From contig CP145410.1 in NCBI GenBank assembly GCA_036867785.1, positions 1,798,001 to 1,862,000 on the forward strand: DNA of 64,000 nt, written 5' to 3'. The translations under genes and the position numbers were made by a program. This document shows, piece after piece, positions 12,788 through 25,169 of this stretch (position 1 is its first letter; each line of letters opens with the position of its first letter). The notes beneath the pieces are model-generated. The model ran no database searches and had not been told where the DNA came from. It saw only the letters and a program-made list of their open reading frames with translations. The DNA is from Plasmodiophora brassicae (taxonomy: Eukaryota).

Positions 12788-15700
12788 TCAGCGGTCCAGC
12801 TGGCGGCGCACGTATTCCTTGAGGGATTTCATCTGGTTCATGACATCGGGCGGGATGAGCATCAGCAGCGACCGCGTGCGCTTGATGTTGGCGTCGAGCT
12901 CGCGGATCAGCGGCTCGAAGACGAACGCGTACGACAGGACAATTGCGACCATGACCAGCGCGTAGAGCGTGATCTGCATCGACTGCAGGCCGGCGACCTG
13001 GCTGTTCACCAGCAGCTTGACGACGTTGCCCACATTGGTCATCGCCAGGGTCAGGTACTGGAAGACGGCCACCGTGCTCGTCGCGAACGACGACGTCTGG
13101 AATGTCGTGTTGATGGCCGTCGGCGTCATCAGCGAGTAGAACCCGAACGGCAGCTGCTGTTTCTGGGCGGCGTGCGCCGCGTACGTCTTCTGGATGCCAT
13201 CAAAGTGGTATGCGCTCTGCTGGATTAACATCATCACGGTGCGCATGGCGGCCTGCAGCCCAGCCGTCATCATGCCATGGTTGAACGCGCGGCACCCGTT
13301 GTAGTCGACGCCGTTCGTCGTCACCCACCCGCTGCAGGCGTCGAAGATCCAGACCGTCATGCGTGACTGGGCAAAGTACTTCCTGTTCAGGATGCCCGGC
13401 TCGGTGTACCCGGGGAACCCGAACAGGAACAGGCGCTGATGGTTGTCCAGGACGTTGATCTCGCTGACGACATCGGAGAACTGGTACCCGAATGGGTTGG
13501 CGGTCGGCCCACCGGTACCGGCGCCGAGCGCGCGTACCGACGTCATCATCAGCATCGTCTGCACGATGCGCATGCCGACAAAGTTCAGGTCGTTGCAGCC
13601 GGTGTCCAGCAGCTCGGTCGGCGCTGGCGCGTAGATGATCGCGCCGAGCACGGCGGCGATGTAGACGGCGACGACGATGACCAGGAAGTACATCTTGACG
13701 AACATGACCGCCTTTCGCAGGCTGATGGTCTCCCCGGTCGACACCAGGCGACGTTTCGCGGCGTCGTCCTTCTTGTTCTTCTGCGCGTCGAGCTTCTTCT
13801 CGTCCTCGACGGTACGTTTGTTACCGGCGACGCCCTCGTCGCTGGAGTGATCATCCGATGGGTTGCCAGGTTCGCCCCGGGACCTGTCGCCCGCCGTCGC
13901 CTGGCCCACTGGGCCCACCCCGGTGGCCTCGTTGAATTCATCGGCGTCCTGAAGGTCGTCTCCATCGGCGGCGTCCGTCGATCGTTGATCCAACCGGTCC
14001 TGGAACCGCTTCTCCAGCTTCGCCACCTTGTCGACCGATATCTCGAGGAAGAACCCGATGATCTGGTCCTCGTCGCGTTCGATGGACCGCACAACTGAGC
14101 ACGCCAGGCCGGGTCAGACATCGCGCGCCGACGCCCCGTCGACGAAACGGGCCGACGTACGCGGGCGCAGCAACGTGAACAGGATGCCCATGATCAGGAC
14201 GAGCGAGACGACGGCCATGATGATGAACTCCTCGTTGGCCAGCGTCAGGGCCGCTTTGCCCTCCTCGGACAGGCCGTTCGCCGTCGAGTTCAGCATGCCA
14301 AGCATCGACGAATCCCCGCGAATGTTCATCATCAGGATGAAGATCAATTCGGACCCGGGGCCGAGCTGGTCCAGCGGCGTGGTCGCCGCAATCTGCGCCT
14401 TGCCGGCAATGTACGAGCAGGCCTGGTGCACCAGCTGCCGGACGACGACGCTGGACGAGCCGACGCGCGTGTTCAGCTCGACGGCCGCCGACGCTTCGGC
14501 GGCGAGCACCGCCGACCCCAGGCTCGATGACGAATGGATGTAATCGTCGTTCTGGATCAACGAGATCGCGTTGTTCACCTACAGGGCAGATCGGCTCAGG
14601 AGGTGGACAAGGATGCGGCCGCGGCGCGTGTGGCCGACCAGGTTGGACCGGGCGATCGCCTCCGACGCGAACGGCAACTGTATGCCCTGACTCATGAACA
14701 TCAGCGACTGGGCGTTGTACGCGATCTGCATCAGGTTGGTGCGGCGAGCGACGGCCGCGTTCAGCAGCGAGAGGTACTGGTTATCTGTCAGGGTAGGTGA
14801 GCCGAAGCAGGACGTGCTGCTGCTGCTGCTGCTGTTGTTGTACTTACAGTTGTCGAAGCTGGTGTACTGGACGACAAAGACGGCCGTCATGATGCCCATG
14901 ATGACCAGGACGGCGAGGCGGTACACGCGCCGGAACGAGAACAGCGTCTTGTCGAGCGTCTTGCCCCGGCGGTTCAGATTGGTCAGCAGCACGCTGACCG
15001 ACGACGACGCCGCCGTCCCCGACGACCCCGTCGTGCCGCTGACGACCGTCGCCGCCTTCCTGGCCGCATCGGCGGTCACCGCCTTCTGCACGGCGGACAC
15101 GCCCCGGGCGCCGGCTCCGCTCGCGTCGACGGTGACAGATTCCTGGTCAGGCGGCACGCTCCGGAACTCGGTGCCGCCGCCTGGCGACGACGTGACGGTC
15201 GTGCCGTCGACGTTGGACGCCTTCGCGTCGTTCTCGCTGGCATCCCACGACGGGTCGGACACGGCGCCGTCGTCCACGCCCTGCAGGCGGCGATACCGAA
15301 TGCGAACAATGTCGACGACGTCGCCATTGCCGATCGGCATCGGATCGAAACGCGTCAGCACATGCATGGCGACGCCGTTGACGACGATCTTCATGTCCAT
15401 CCCGGCGGATTCGTCGTTCGCAAACGACTCGTCGGCTTCGAACGCGGCGCGCCTGTTGTCGTAATCTGGCACCAGGCTGTGGATGGCGATGTCTCGCGCG
15501 TCCACCTTCTCTTTCGTGATGCCGAACAAGTCCAGGGCGGGCTGCGACACGGCCGTCACCAACCCATCCCGGCGGTCGACGACCATCTGCACGTCGTCGT
15601 GGTTCATCGCCGTGACGATGCCGAGGTACGACAGCGCCATGCCGTTGTTCTCGACGAACGCCTTCAGGTAGATGGCCGCGTCCGCAATCAGCCCGTTGCG

Positions 15701-17752
15701 CTTCAGGACGACGATCTTACGCTTCCGGTCCAGCAGGCGCGACCGGGACTCGCAGACGTTCCTGCGGACCATGGCCGTGTGCGCCCGGGCGATCGGTTCC
15801 GGGACTGCACGCGCACAATCAGCGCCCGAACCAACGAAGGTTCGCCCCAGCGGCCACCTACTGATGATGTCGAGCTGTTTGCCGACCAGGGCGGCCCGCG
15901 ACAGACCGAACAGGGCCTCGGCGGCGTCGTTGACGTTCGTGATCTGGCAGAGCGTGCGCGGGTCGCCGCTGATGACGACGATGGCGGACCGGTCGCTGAA
16001 GAGCGTGCTGCGGAACGACTGGTCGTGCGAGCGCGCCTCCTCCGCCTTCTCCAGCGTCGACGCGCGCTCTTCCAGAGCCTGACCGCTGCCGGGGTCGTGT
16101 CCGAGATCCGCCAGGAACTTGGCAAACTGACGCAACGATGACACGGAACGGCTGTGAATGCGGAACATGTCCTTGTAGGCGGCACGAGCGGCGTGCTCGT
16201 CCTTGGAGATGGCCTCGCCGAGCGTCCGCAGCAGGTCAGTGTCCGGCGTCGGCTGGCGAAGTTCGCCCCAGAACAGCGTCAGCGACTTGGTCAGCGACTC
16301 CTCGTACCGCTCGCCGGACGCCAGGTGCCCCGTGTACCTGTTGAAGTCGACGACCTCCCGGTTGGCCTCCGACTCGAGGATGACGCGCTCGCTGTCCCGC
16401 TGCGTCCGATAGACGAGGAAGTCGTAGTCGACGGCGGACTCGAGGGCGGCCGCCCGCCCCAGGTGGTCGTAGCCGACGTACTTGATGTCCAGGAAGCGGA
16501 AGTGCAGGACGGCCGCCCGGATCTGCAGGTAGACCGACGTGGGGAACTTGGTCAGGCCGGCCTCCATGATCGACTTGGCCTCAGCGTAGAACGGCGCGGC
16601 GGTGTCCTCTTCCACCGATCGGTCGCTGGTCAGGTTGAAAATCTCCTCCTCGGTAGCGTCCTCGTTCAACTTGGACAGCGTCCACTGCTGGTACGCCTCC
16701 CTGGCCGCCTTTTCTGCTTTCTGGAGCACCAGTCGGCACTTCAGGTCGATCTCGTATGCATCTTGGATCCTGTCCACTGGAACCGCCTCGATCTGGCTGA
16801 TGCGCATGGTGATCAGGACGACGGCGCCGCCGATAACAATGGGGAGGCCGGCGAGCAGCATGTAGACCGGGCCGTTTGACGAAGGGTTGTCGATGGCAAC
16901 GGCGACGGCGTACACGATGCCGACCCAGACCTGGACCCACAGGAGCGACCCGCGGACGAAGGTCATTCGACGCGAATAGTCGGGCAGGATCCACATGTAG
17001 ACGTATGTCATGGCTGCGGGCCCGCCCAACGCGACCAGCACCATGAAATAGCTGCTCGACGAGACAGTGCCCGCGATAACGAAGGCCGTCTTCAGCAGCA
17101 GGTAGGCGAGCTCGACGCGCTGCGTGCACCGGGACACGATCGAGGTCGATCGCAGGTCCACGGGGGACAGTACGACAACAGAAACACCAGCGACGATAGC
17201 GAGGATCAATGCGGTAACGCTGTTGAATCCGCTGCTGGCTGAGGAGGACGACGAGGCGTTGCTGGCGCTGGCAACGAGGACCTCCAGGAATGGTGCATAC
17301 AGGACGGTGCTGACCAGGACGAGGACAGCCCGAAGAACCTTCTGCATGGGGACGGATGTGCCGACGTCGACTCGTACGATAGCGAGAATGAAAACCAGCG
17401 CGATGACGACAACGACGAGGCTGACGAGGAGCGGCGCGTTCTTCTCGCCGACGGCGCCGTCGATGGCGACGCGCCCGAAGATGGCGCAGAGCTGTCGCAG
17501 CCAGACGGTGGCCGTCGGCGACCAGACCAGGTCGGTCGTGTCGACCGGCAACACGAACCGGCACATCTGCAGGACCTCCAGGGCGTAGGCGACGACCCAG
17601 AGCGCGTTCAGCGACGACTGGTTGGCGTGCAGCGTCATCGCGTACGACAGCGCTGACGCGTTCCCGCCGAAGCGCTTCACCGCGTCGAGCAGGTTGCCGT
17701 CGTCGCCGCCCAGCTTGACCGCACCGGCCCGGTCCCCGTCGACGTCCGCCAT
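12788..17752 (-). CDS. TmcB/TmcC-like PAS membrane protein, copy 2
   Basis: Paralogue of copy 1 with the same four intron positions. Start MADVDGDRAG at 17752; ends YVRRQLDR*. Confidence 0.8.
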
Positions 17753-17931
17753 GTCGGTGCAGGGAAGCGGGAAATGCTTGGCTCCACAACGACGCACCCG
17801 GCACAGACGCGCGTGTCCAGCCAGTGCTCGAGACCCGTTCCATCGTCAGCCAATCACAGGACCTGCAGGCGTTTAACCACCGCATGGCTCGGCGCAGGAC
17901 GTTCCTCCAGGGCGATGTACGCCTGTATTGC

Positions 17932-20900
17932 TCAGCGGTCTAGTTGACGACGCACGTACTCCTTGATCGACTTCATCTGGTTCATGACGTCGGGCGGGAT
18001 CAGCATCATCAGCGACCGCGTGCGCTTGATGTTGGCGTCGAGCTCGCGGATCAGCGGCTCGAAGACGAACGCGTACGACAGGACGATGGCGACCATGACC
18101 AGGACGAACAGCGTGATCTGCATCGATTGCAGGGTGACCACCTGCGCGTTCACCAACCCCTTCACGACGTTGCCGACGTTCGTCATCGACGGCACGATGT
18201 ACTGGAAGACGGCCACGGTGGCCGTCGCGAACGACGGCGTCTGGAACGTGACGTTGATCGCCGGTGGCGACATGAGCGAGTAGAACCCGAACTGGAGCGG
18301 GCCTTGCCGGGCGCTGTCCTTTGCGTACGATTGCTGGACCTTGTCGAACAGGTGCGCGCTCTGCTGGATGAGGACCATCACCGACCGCAGGGCGGCCTGC
18401 AGGCCCGCCGTCAGCATGCCATGGTTGAACGCGCGGCACCCGTTGTAGTCGACGCCGTTCGTCGTCACCCAGCCCTTGCACCCGTCGAACGACCAGATGA
18501 CCAACCGCGACTGGTCAAAGTACTTCCGGTTCAGGATGCCCGGCTCGGGGTACCCGGGGAACCCGAACAGGAAAAGGCGCTGGTGGTTGTCCAGGACGCG
18601 CATCTGGTTGGCCACGTCCGCGTACTGGTACCCGAACGCGTTGGCGGTCGGCCCGCCGGTGCCGGCGCCGAGCGCGCGCACCGACGTCATCATCAGCATC
18701 GTCTGCACGATGCGCATGCCGACAAAGTTCAGGTCGTTGCACCCGGTGTCCAGCAGCTCGGTCGGCGCCGGCGCGTAGATGACCGCGCCGAGCACGGCGG
18801 CGATGTACGCGGCGACGACGATGACCAGGAAGTACATCTTGACGAACATGACCGCCTTGCGGACGGTGACCGTCTCGCCGGTCGACACCACGCGACGCTT
18901 CGCGGCGTCCTCGTTCTTCTTCGTCCTGACGCCAGGCCGGTTGCTGGCGTCCTGGTCGTCGCCTGCCCCGGCAACGCCCTTGCCGTCGGCATCAGCCTGG
19001 TCGTTGCTGGATCGATCCGACCGGTTCGAACGCGCGGTCGCCTGCGCCACCTGGCCGATCCCGGTCGCCACGTTGTACTCGACGGCGTCGTGCAGGTCGT
19101 CATCGTCGCCGTCCACCGACCGCTGATCCAGCCGGTCCTGGAACTTCTTCTCGAGCATCGCCACCTTGTCGACGGCGATCTCCAGGAAGAACCCGATGAT
19201 CTGGTCCTCGTCGCGCTCGATCGCCTTCACGACTGGCACGGGACGCGTTAGACGATTGGCGACGATGGGCGAATCGCAACGGGGCGCGTACGCGGGCGCA
19301 GCAACGTCCACAGGATCGTCATGATCAGGACGAGCGAGACGACGGCCATGATGATGAACTCCTCGTTGGCCAGCGTCAGGGCCGCTTTGCCCTCCTCGGA
19401 CAGGCCGTTCGCCGTCGAGTTCAGCATGGCCAACATGGACGACTCCCCGCGAACGCTCATCATCAGCGTGTAGATCAGGTCGGAGCCGGGACCGAGCTGA
19501 TTCAGCGGCGTCGTCGCCACGATCTGCGCCTTGCCGGCCACGTACGAGCAGGCCTGGTGCACCAGCTGTCGGACGACGACCCTGGACGATCCGACCTTGG
19601 TGTCCAGCGCGACGGTCGCTGCCGACTCGGCGTTCAACGTCGCCGACCCGATGGCCAGCGACGAGTGGATGAAGTCGTCGTTCTGGATCAGCGAGATCGC
19701 GTTGTTCACCTGGCAGGGACGCTGTCGCGTCAGAGACCGGGTGGCAAACGGCGGGCCGCCTGTGTACCAGGTTGGCGCGCGCGAACGATTCGGTGGCGAA
19801 CGGCAGCTGGATGCCCTGGCTCATGAACATCAGCGACTGGGCGTTGTACGCGATCACCATCAGGTTCGTTCGGCGCGCGACGGCCGCGTTCAGCAGCGCC
19901 AGGTACTGGTTATCTGCCCAAGCATCAGCAGGTGACGGGGCGTGCAGGACGAGCGTCCTACAGCTGCTGAAGCTGGTGTACTGGACGACGAAGACGGCCG
20001 TCATGATGCCCATGATGACCATCACGGCGACGCGGTACACGCGCCGGAACGACGACAGCGTCTTGTCGAGCGTCTTGCCCCGGCGGTTCAGATTCGTCAA
20101 CAGCATGCTGACCGACGACGAGGCCGCCGTCCCCGACGATCCCGTCGTGCCGCTGATGACTGTCGCTGCCGGTTTCGTGGCCGCATCGGCGGTCACCGCC
20201 TTCTGCACGGCGGATGGGCCTGACCGTCCCGCCGCCAGGACGTTGTTGATCGACACCGATTCGTTGTTGGGCGGCACGCTCCGGAACTCGGTGCCTCCGC
20301 CCGGCGACGTGACGGACGCCCCGCCGGCGTCGGACGCCTTCTCGTCGCCGTCGCTGGACGACGGGTCGGTGGCGTGGTCGTTCGCTCGTGGCAGGCGACG
20401 GTATCGAATGCGAACAATGTCGGCGGCGTTCCCGTTCCCGATCGGCATCACGTCGAACCGGGCCTGCACGTCAAAGACGGCACCGCCGACGGTGATCTTC
20501 ATGTCCATCCCGGCAGAGTCGTCGTTCGCGAACGACTCGTCGGCCTCGAACGCGGCGCGTCTGTCGTCGTAATCTGGAATCAGGCTGCGGATGGCGACGT
20601 CCCGCGCGTCCACCTTGTCCTTCGTGATGCCGAACAAGTCCAGGGCGGTCTGCGACACGGCCGTGACCAGACCGTCGCGGCCGTCGACGACCATCTGAGC
20701 GTCCTCCTCGTTCATCGCCGTGATAATCCCGAGGTACGACAGCGCCATGCCGTTGTTCTCGACGAACGCCTTCAGGTAGATGGCCGCGTCCGCTATCAGC
20801 CCATTGCGCTTCAGGAACACCACCTTGCGGCGTCGGTCCAGGATCCGCGACTTCGACTCGGTGGCGTTCCTGCGGACCATGGCCGTGTGCGCCCGGGCGA

Positions 20901-22859
20901 TCGGCTCCGGGACTGCACGCGCACAATCAGCGCCCGCACGCCGCAACAAACGAAGGTTCGCCCCGGCCGCCACCTACTGATGATGTCGACCATCTTGCCG
21001 ACCAGAGCGGAGCGGGACAGGCCGAACAGGGCCTCGGCGGCGTCGTTGACGTTCGTGATCTGGCAGAGCGTGCGCGGGTCACCGCTGATGACAACGATGG
21101 CGGACCGGTCGCTGAAGAGCGTGCTGCGGAACGACTGCTCGTGCGCGCGCGCCTCCTCCGCCTTCTCCAGCGTCGACGCGCGCTCTTCCAGGGCCTGACC
21201 GCTGCCGGGGTCGTGCCCGAGATCCGCCAGGAACTTTGCAAACTGACGCAACGATGACACCGATCGGCTGTGAATGCGAAACATGTCCTTGTAGGCTGCA
21301 CGAGCGGCGTGCTCGTCCCTGGAGATGGCCTCGCCGAGCGTTCGCAGCAGGTCAGTGTCCGGTGTCGGCTGGCGAAGTTCACCCCAGAACAGCGTCAGCG
21401 ACTTGGTCAACGACTCCTCGTACCGCTCGCCGGACGCCAGGTGCGCCGTGTACCTGTTGAAGTCGACGACCTCCCGGTTGGCCTCCGACTCGAGGATGAC
21501 GCGCTCGCTGTCGCGCTGCGTCCGATAGACGAGGAAGTCGTAGTCGACGGCGGACTCGAGGGCGGCCGCCCGCCCCAGGTGGTCGTACCCGACGTACTTG
21601 ATGTCCAGGAAGCGGAAGTGCAGGATGGCGGCCCGGATCTGCAGGTAGACCGACGTCGGGAACTTGCTCAGGCCGGCCTCCATGATCGACTTGGCCTCGG
21701 CGTAGAACGGCGCGGCGGTGTCCTCTTCCACCGATCGGTCGCTGGTCAGGTTGAAGATCTCCTCCTCGGTGGCGTCCTCGGTCAGCTTGGACAGTGTCCA
21801 CTGCTGATAGGCCTGACGGACGGCCTGCTCCGACTTCTGGAGCACGAGACGGCACTTCAGGTCGATCTCGTACGGGTCTTGGATCCTGTCCACTGGAACG
21901 GCCTCGATCTGGCTGATGCGCATGGTGATCAGGACGACGGCGCCGCCGATAACAATGGGGAGGCCGGCGAGCAGCATGTACAGTGGGCCAGATGATAACG
22001 GATTGTCGATGGCAACGGCGACGGCGTACACGATGCCGACCCAGACCTGGACCCACAGGAGCGGCCCGCGGACGAAGGTCAGTCGACGCGAATAGTCGGG
22101 CAGGATCCACATGTAGACGTAGGCCATGGCGGCAGGACCGCCCAACGCGACCAGCAGCCTGAAATAGATGCTCGACGAGACGGTGCCCGCGATGACAAAC
22201 GCCGTCTTCAGCAGCAGGTAGGCGAGCTCGACGCGCTGGGTGCACCGGGACACGATCGAGGTGGATCGCAGGTCCACAGGGGGCGAGACAACGACAGCGA
22301 CGACGGACATGAGGATGAGGATCGGGGCGGCGACCGTGCCCAAACTGGCGTTGGCGGACGAGGTAGACGTATTGGCACTGGCGACGAGGACCTCGAGGAA
22401 CGGCACGTACAGGATGGTGCTGACGATGACAAGGACGGCGCGCAGGACCCTTTGTAGGGGTACGGAAGCGCCTAGATCATCGTTGACGACGGCAAGGATG
22501 AACCCGGCTGCAATGGTGATCACGATCAGGCTGACGATGAGCGGGGAGTTCTTGGCCCCGACGATGCCGTCGACGACGACGCGGCCGAAGACGGCACAGA
22601 GTTCGCGCAGCCAGTAGGAATCGGCTGGCGCCCAGACCAGCTCGCTGGCGTTGAGCGGCAGCACGAAGTGGCACATCTGAAGGACCTCGATCACGTAGAC
22701 CACGACCCAAAGGACGTTCAGCGACGACTTATTGGCGGGCACGGTGAGCGCATAGGAGAACGCAAACGCGTTCTTCCCAAAGTGCTTCAACGTGTCGAGC
22801 GCGTTGCCTTCGTCCCCCAGCTTGGCCGTGTCCAACAGGTCGTCGCCGAGGTCGGCCAT
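17932..22859 (-). CDS. TmcB/TmcC-like PAS membrane protein, copy 3
   Basis: Paralogue with the same intron positions. Start MADLGDDLL at 22859; ends YVRRQLDR*. Confidence 0.8.
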
Positions 22860-22918
22860 CGCGGCCCTGATGGCAGGCGGCGACGCGAAATGTCGACGAG
22901 CACACGTGCCCGGCACAG

Positions 22919-24405
22919 ACCGGCGGCTCGTTCGGCAATGCATTGCGCGATGCCTGGGTCCTCGACCTGAACAGCGGGCAATGGACGGCGCTGCCGCCCA
23001 TGCCAATTGCATTGACGCAGTTCACGGTCGTTGTCGTCAGCATCAGCGGCCGGAACGTGCTCGTCGTCCAAGGCGGACGCACAACGGATGCATCGATACC
23101 GATGTCGACGTACGTGTACCTGATCAGTTCCCGGGAGTGGGTCGCCGTGCCAATGACGTATGGCGCGGGGTGCGGGCACAGCGCCGTCTCTGAGATCCGT
23201 CCCGGGGACCAGTGGTGGATCACGCACGTTGGTGGCGTGCAGTACGATCTGGAGACGAAGCAGATCGGATCGGCGACCGCTCCGTGCCGAGTCCAGTTCG
23301 ACGGGCACGCCCTGCTCGATAAGGTCGTGACGTACAGGTACGTCACGGTGACGTCGCCGGCCAATGCGACGATTGTGGCGATCGCCTGGGCGGTGGCGTT
23401 GCTGGGTGCGGTCGGTGCGCTGATGCTACTGGGGATGGTGTACCGACATCGCGACGATGCCATTATCAAGGCGTCTTCGTACGCGTTCAACCTGTACACG
23501 CTGGTGTCGTTGTGCGCCTGCTTCCTGTCGTGCATCCCGTACCTGGTGCCGGCATCGACAACGGTCTGTGCGTTGCGCTGGTGGCTCCCGACGCTGTCGA
23601 TCGTCGCCCTGCTGTCCGTGATTGCTGCCAAAGCGTACCGCATCTGGAAGGTGTTCTTCAGCGCAGCGATCCACGTGGTCAGGTTGCCGAACCAGAAGCT
23701 GCTGATCCCGGTTGTGATCGGACTGATCCTGGCGGCGCTGATGTTAACGATCGTTACCGTCGCCGATCCTCCCGTTCCGTACCTGGAGGTGACGGTGGCC
23801 GGTTCGCTAGTGACGCAGACCATGGCTTGTCCTATCCATGCGGTCACGGCCGTTCCTGTTGCCGTCGCGATATTCCTTCCGTTGCTCGCGTGCGCGCTCG
23901 TCGCATTCCAGACTCGGCACGCTCCGGTATGTGGTTGCTGTTCGGTGTTGTACCGTTCTGAACGCGTTTGTAGAGCGATTTTAATGAGTCGACGCATATT
24001 ACTCTTGGGCTGTATGGGGCGATCTTTTCATGTGTCATCTTCCCGCAGATCTCGATGCTGGTGCCGGCGCAACCGCAGATCTACACGACGCTGTTCATTC
24101 TGGGTATTCTCTGGTGCTCGATCTCGTTCACGACGGCGATCTACTTCCCCAAGGCGACGCTGATCTGGCAAGGCAAAGGCAACTTAAAAGTGCAGACGAA
24201 CATTGCTATGACGAAGACGGCGACTATGCATTTCTCGAAACCAGAATCGTCGACCGGCGTCACCGGCGGCGGCAATGCGATGGCGTCTCCTAACGCCCAC
24301 GTCACCGCCTATCTGGCTTTTCTCGAGAAACGTCTCGCGGAGAACAATGTCGATGTCTCCGATGGCAAACAGCTGGCGAAAGCTGCCGGGATGACCCGCG
24401 TTTGA
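22919..24405 (+). CDS. Class C (GABA-B/mGluR-like) 7TM receptor with N-terminal Kelch repeats, apparently 5'-truncated
   Basis: Kelch motifs GGSFGNALRDAWVLDLNSGQW and VVQGG...YVYLISSREW. Class C 7TM motifs RHRDDAIIKASS, AKAYRIWKVF, SDFNES and YFPK. Intron 23927-23973. First in-frame ATG is at 23000. Confidence 0.75.
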
Positions 24406-25169
24406 AGCGCAGTACCTTCGTGCCCCTGACTCCGCATTACAACCTCGTGCAATACTTATGTTTCATTTATGTTTGATACACGACAAGCCTGCCACTGCCG
24501 TTGACAATATCAAAGAGAATGCCGGTTTGAATTTTTCACAGAATCTGCTGGCTTCAAACAGCCCGCGCTCGTTCGTTTTGGCTGCAGCGCACCACGAGGA
24601 CCATACTCGTGTGACAATGTACCTAGCAGGAAAGTTCAGCGTGATGGCGGTGGTACGTCCCGGCGCACTTGGACCACAGAGTTGAATGAATGGAGGATGT
24701 CAATTGTCAGGCTGTCGACGTACCGCGCGTCGGATGATGCACGAACGGCATTGACAAGCTGGTCAAGATTAGTTGGAGCATCGGTATACTGGACTGGCTG
24801 GATCGATTACTTTGCGTCGAAATACATCCTTGGTTATGGACTGAACGCACTTCGCCTCAACAGTACCAGATGGCCGGTTCAGCTCGGTACTCATGTACCA
24901 GGGCAGTGCGGGCTCGTGCCCTGATCCTCCGGCCGGTACAATGTTCTAACGCGCGATCTAACCGTGCTGCAGCGCCGACGTGACGAATGCAGAATGGGAG
25001 CTGGCAAGGCAACTTAGCATCATCAGTGAAACAAGAGCCATCGATATGTTTTGCGAGGGCTCAGGGCAGTCGCACACTGGGCACGGCACGGAGGACTCCG
25101 TTGCGGAGTTTCGGCAGGCGACGTGCGCGATCGTCCACGACGGTGTTGGTCCGGGTCCAACGGCGGGTG

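Noticed and set aside
17932-20973. 1013-aa ORF as a real single-exon protein
   Set aside because: It starts inside intron 1 and passes introns 3 and 4, whose frame shifts compensate. The true exon is ORF 19248..19709.
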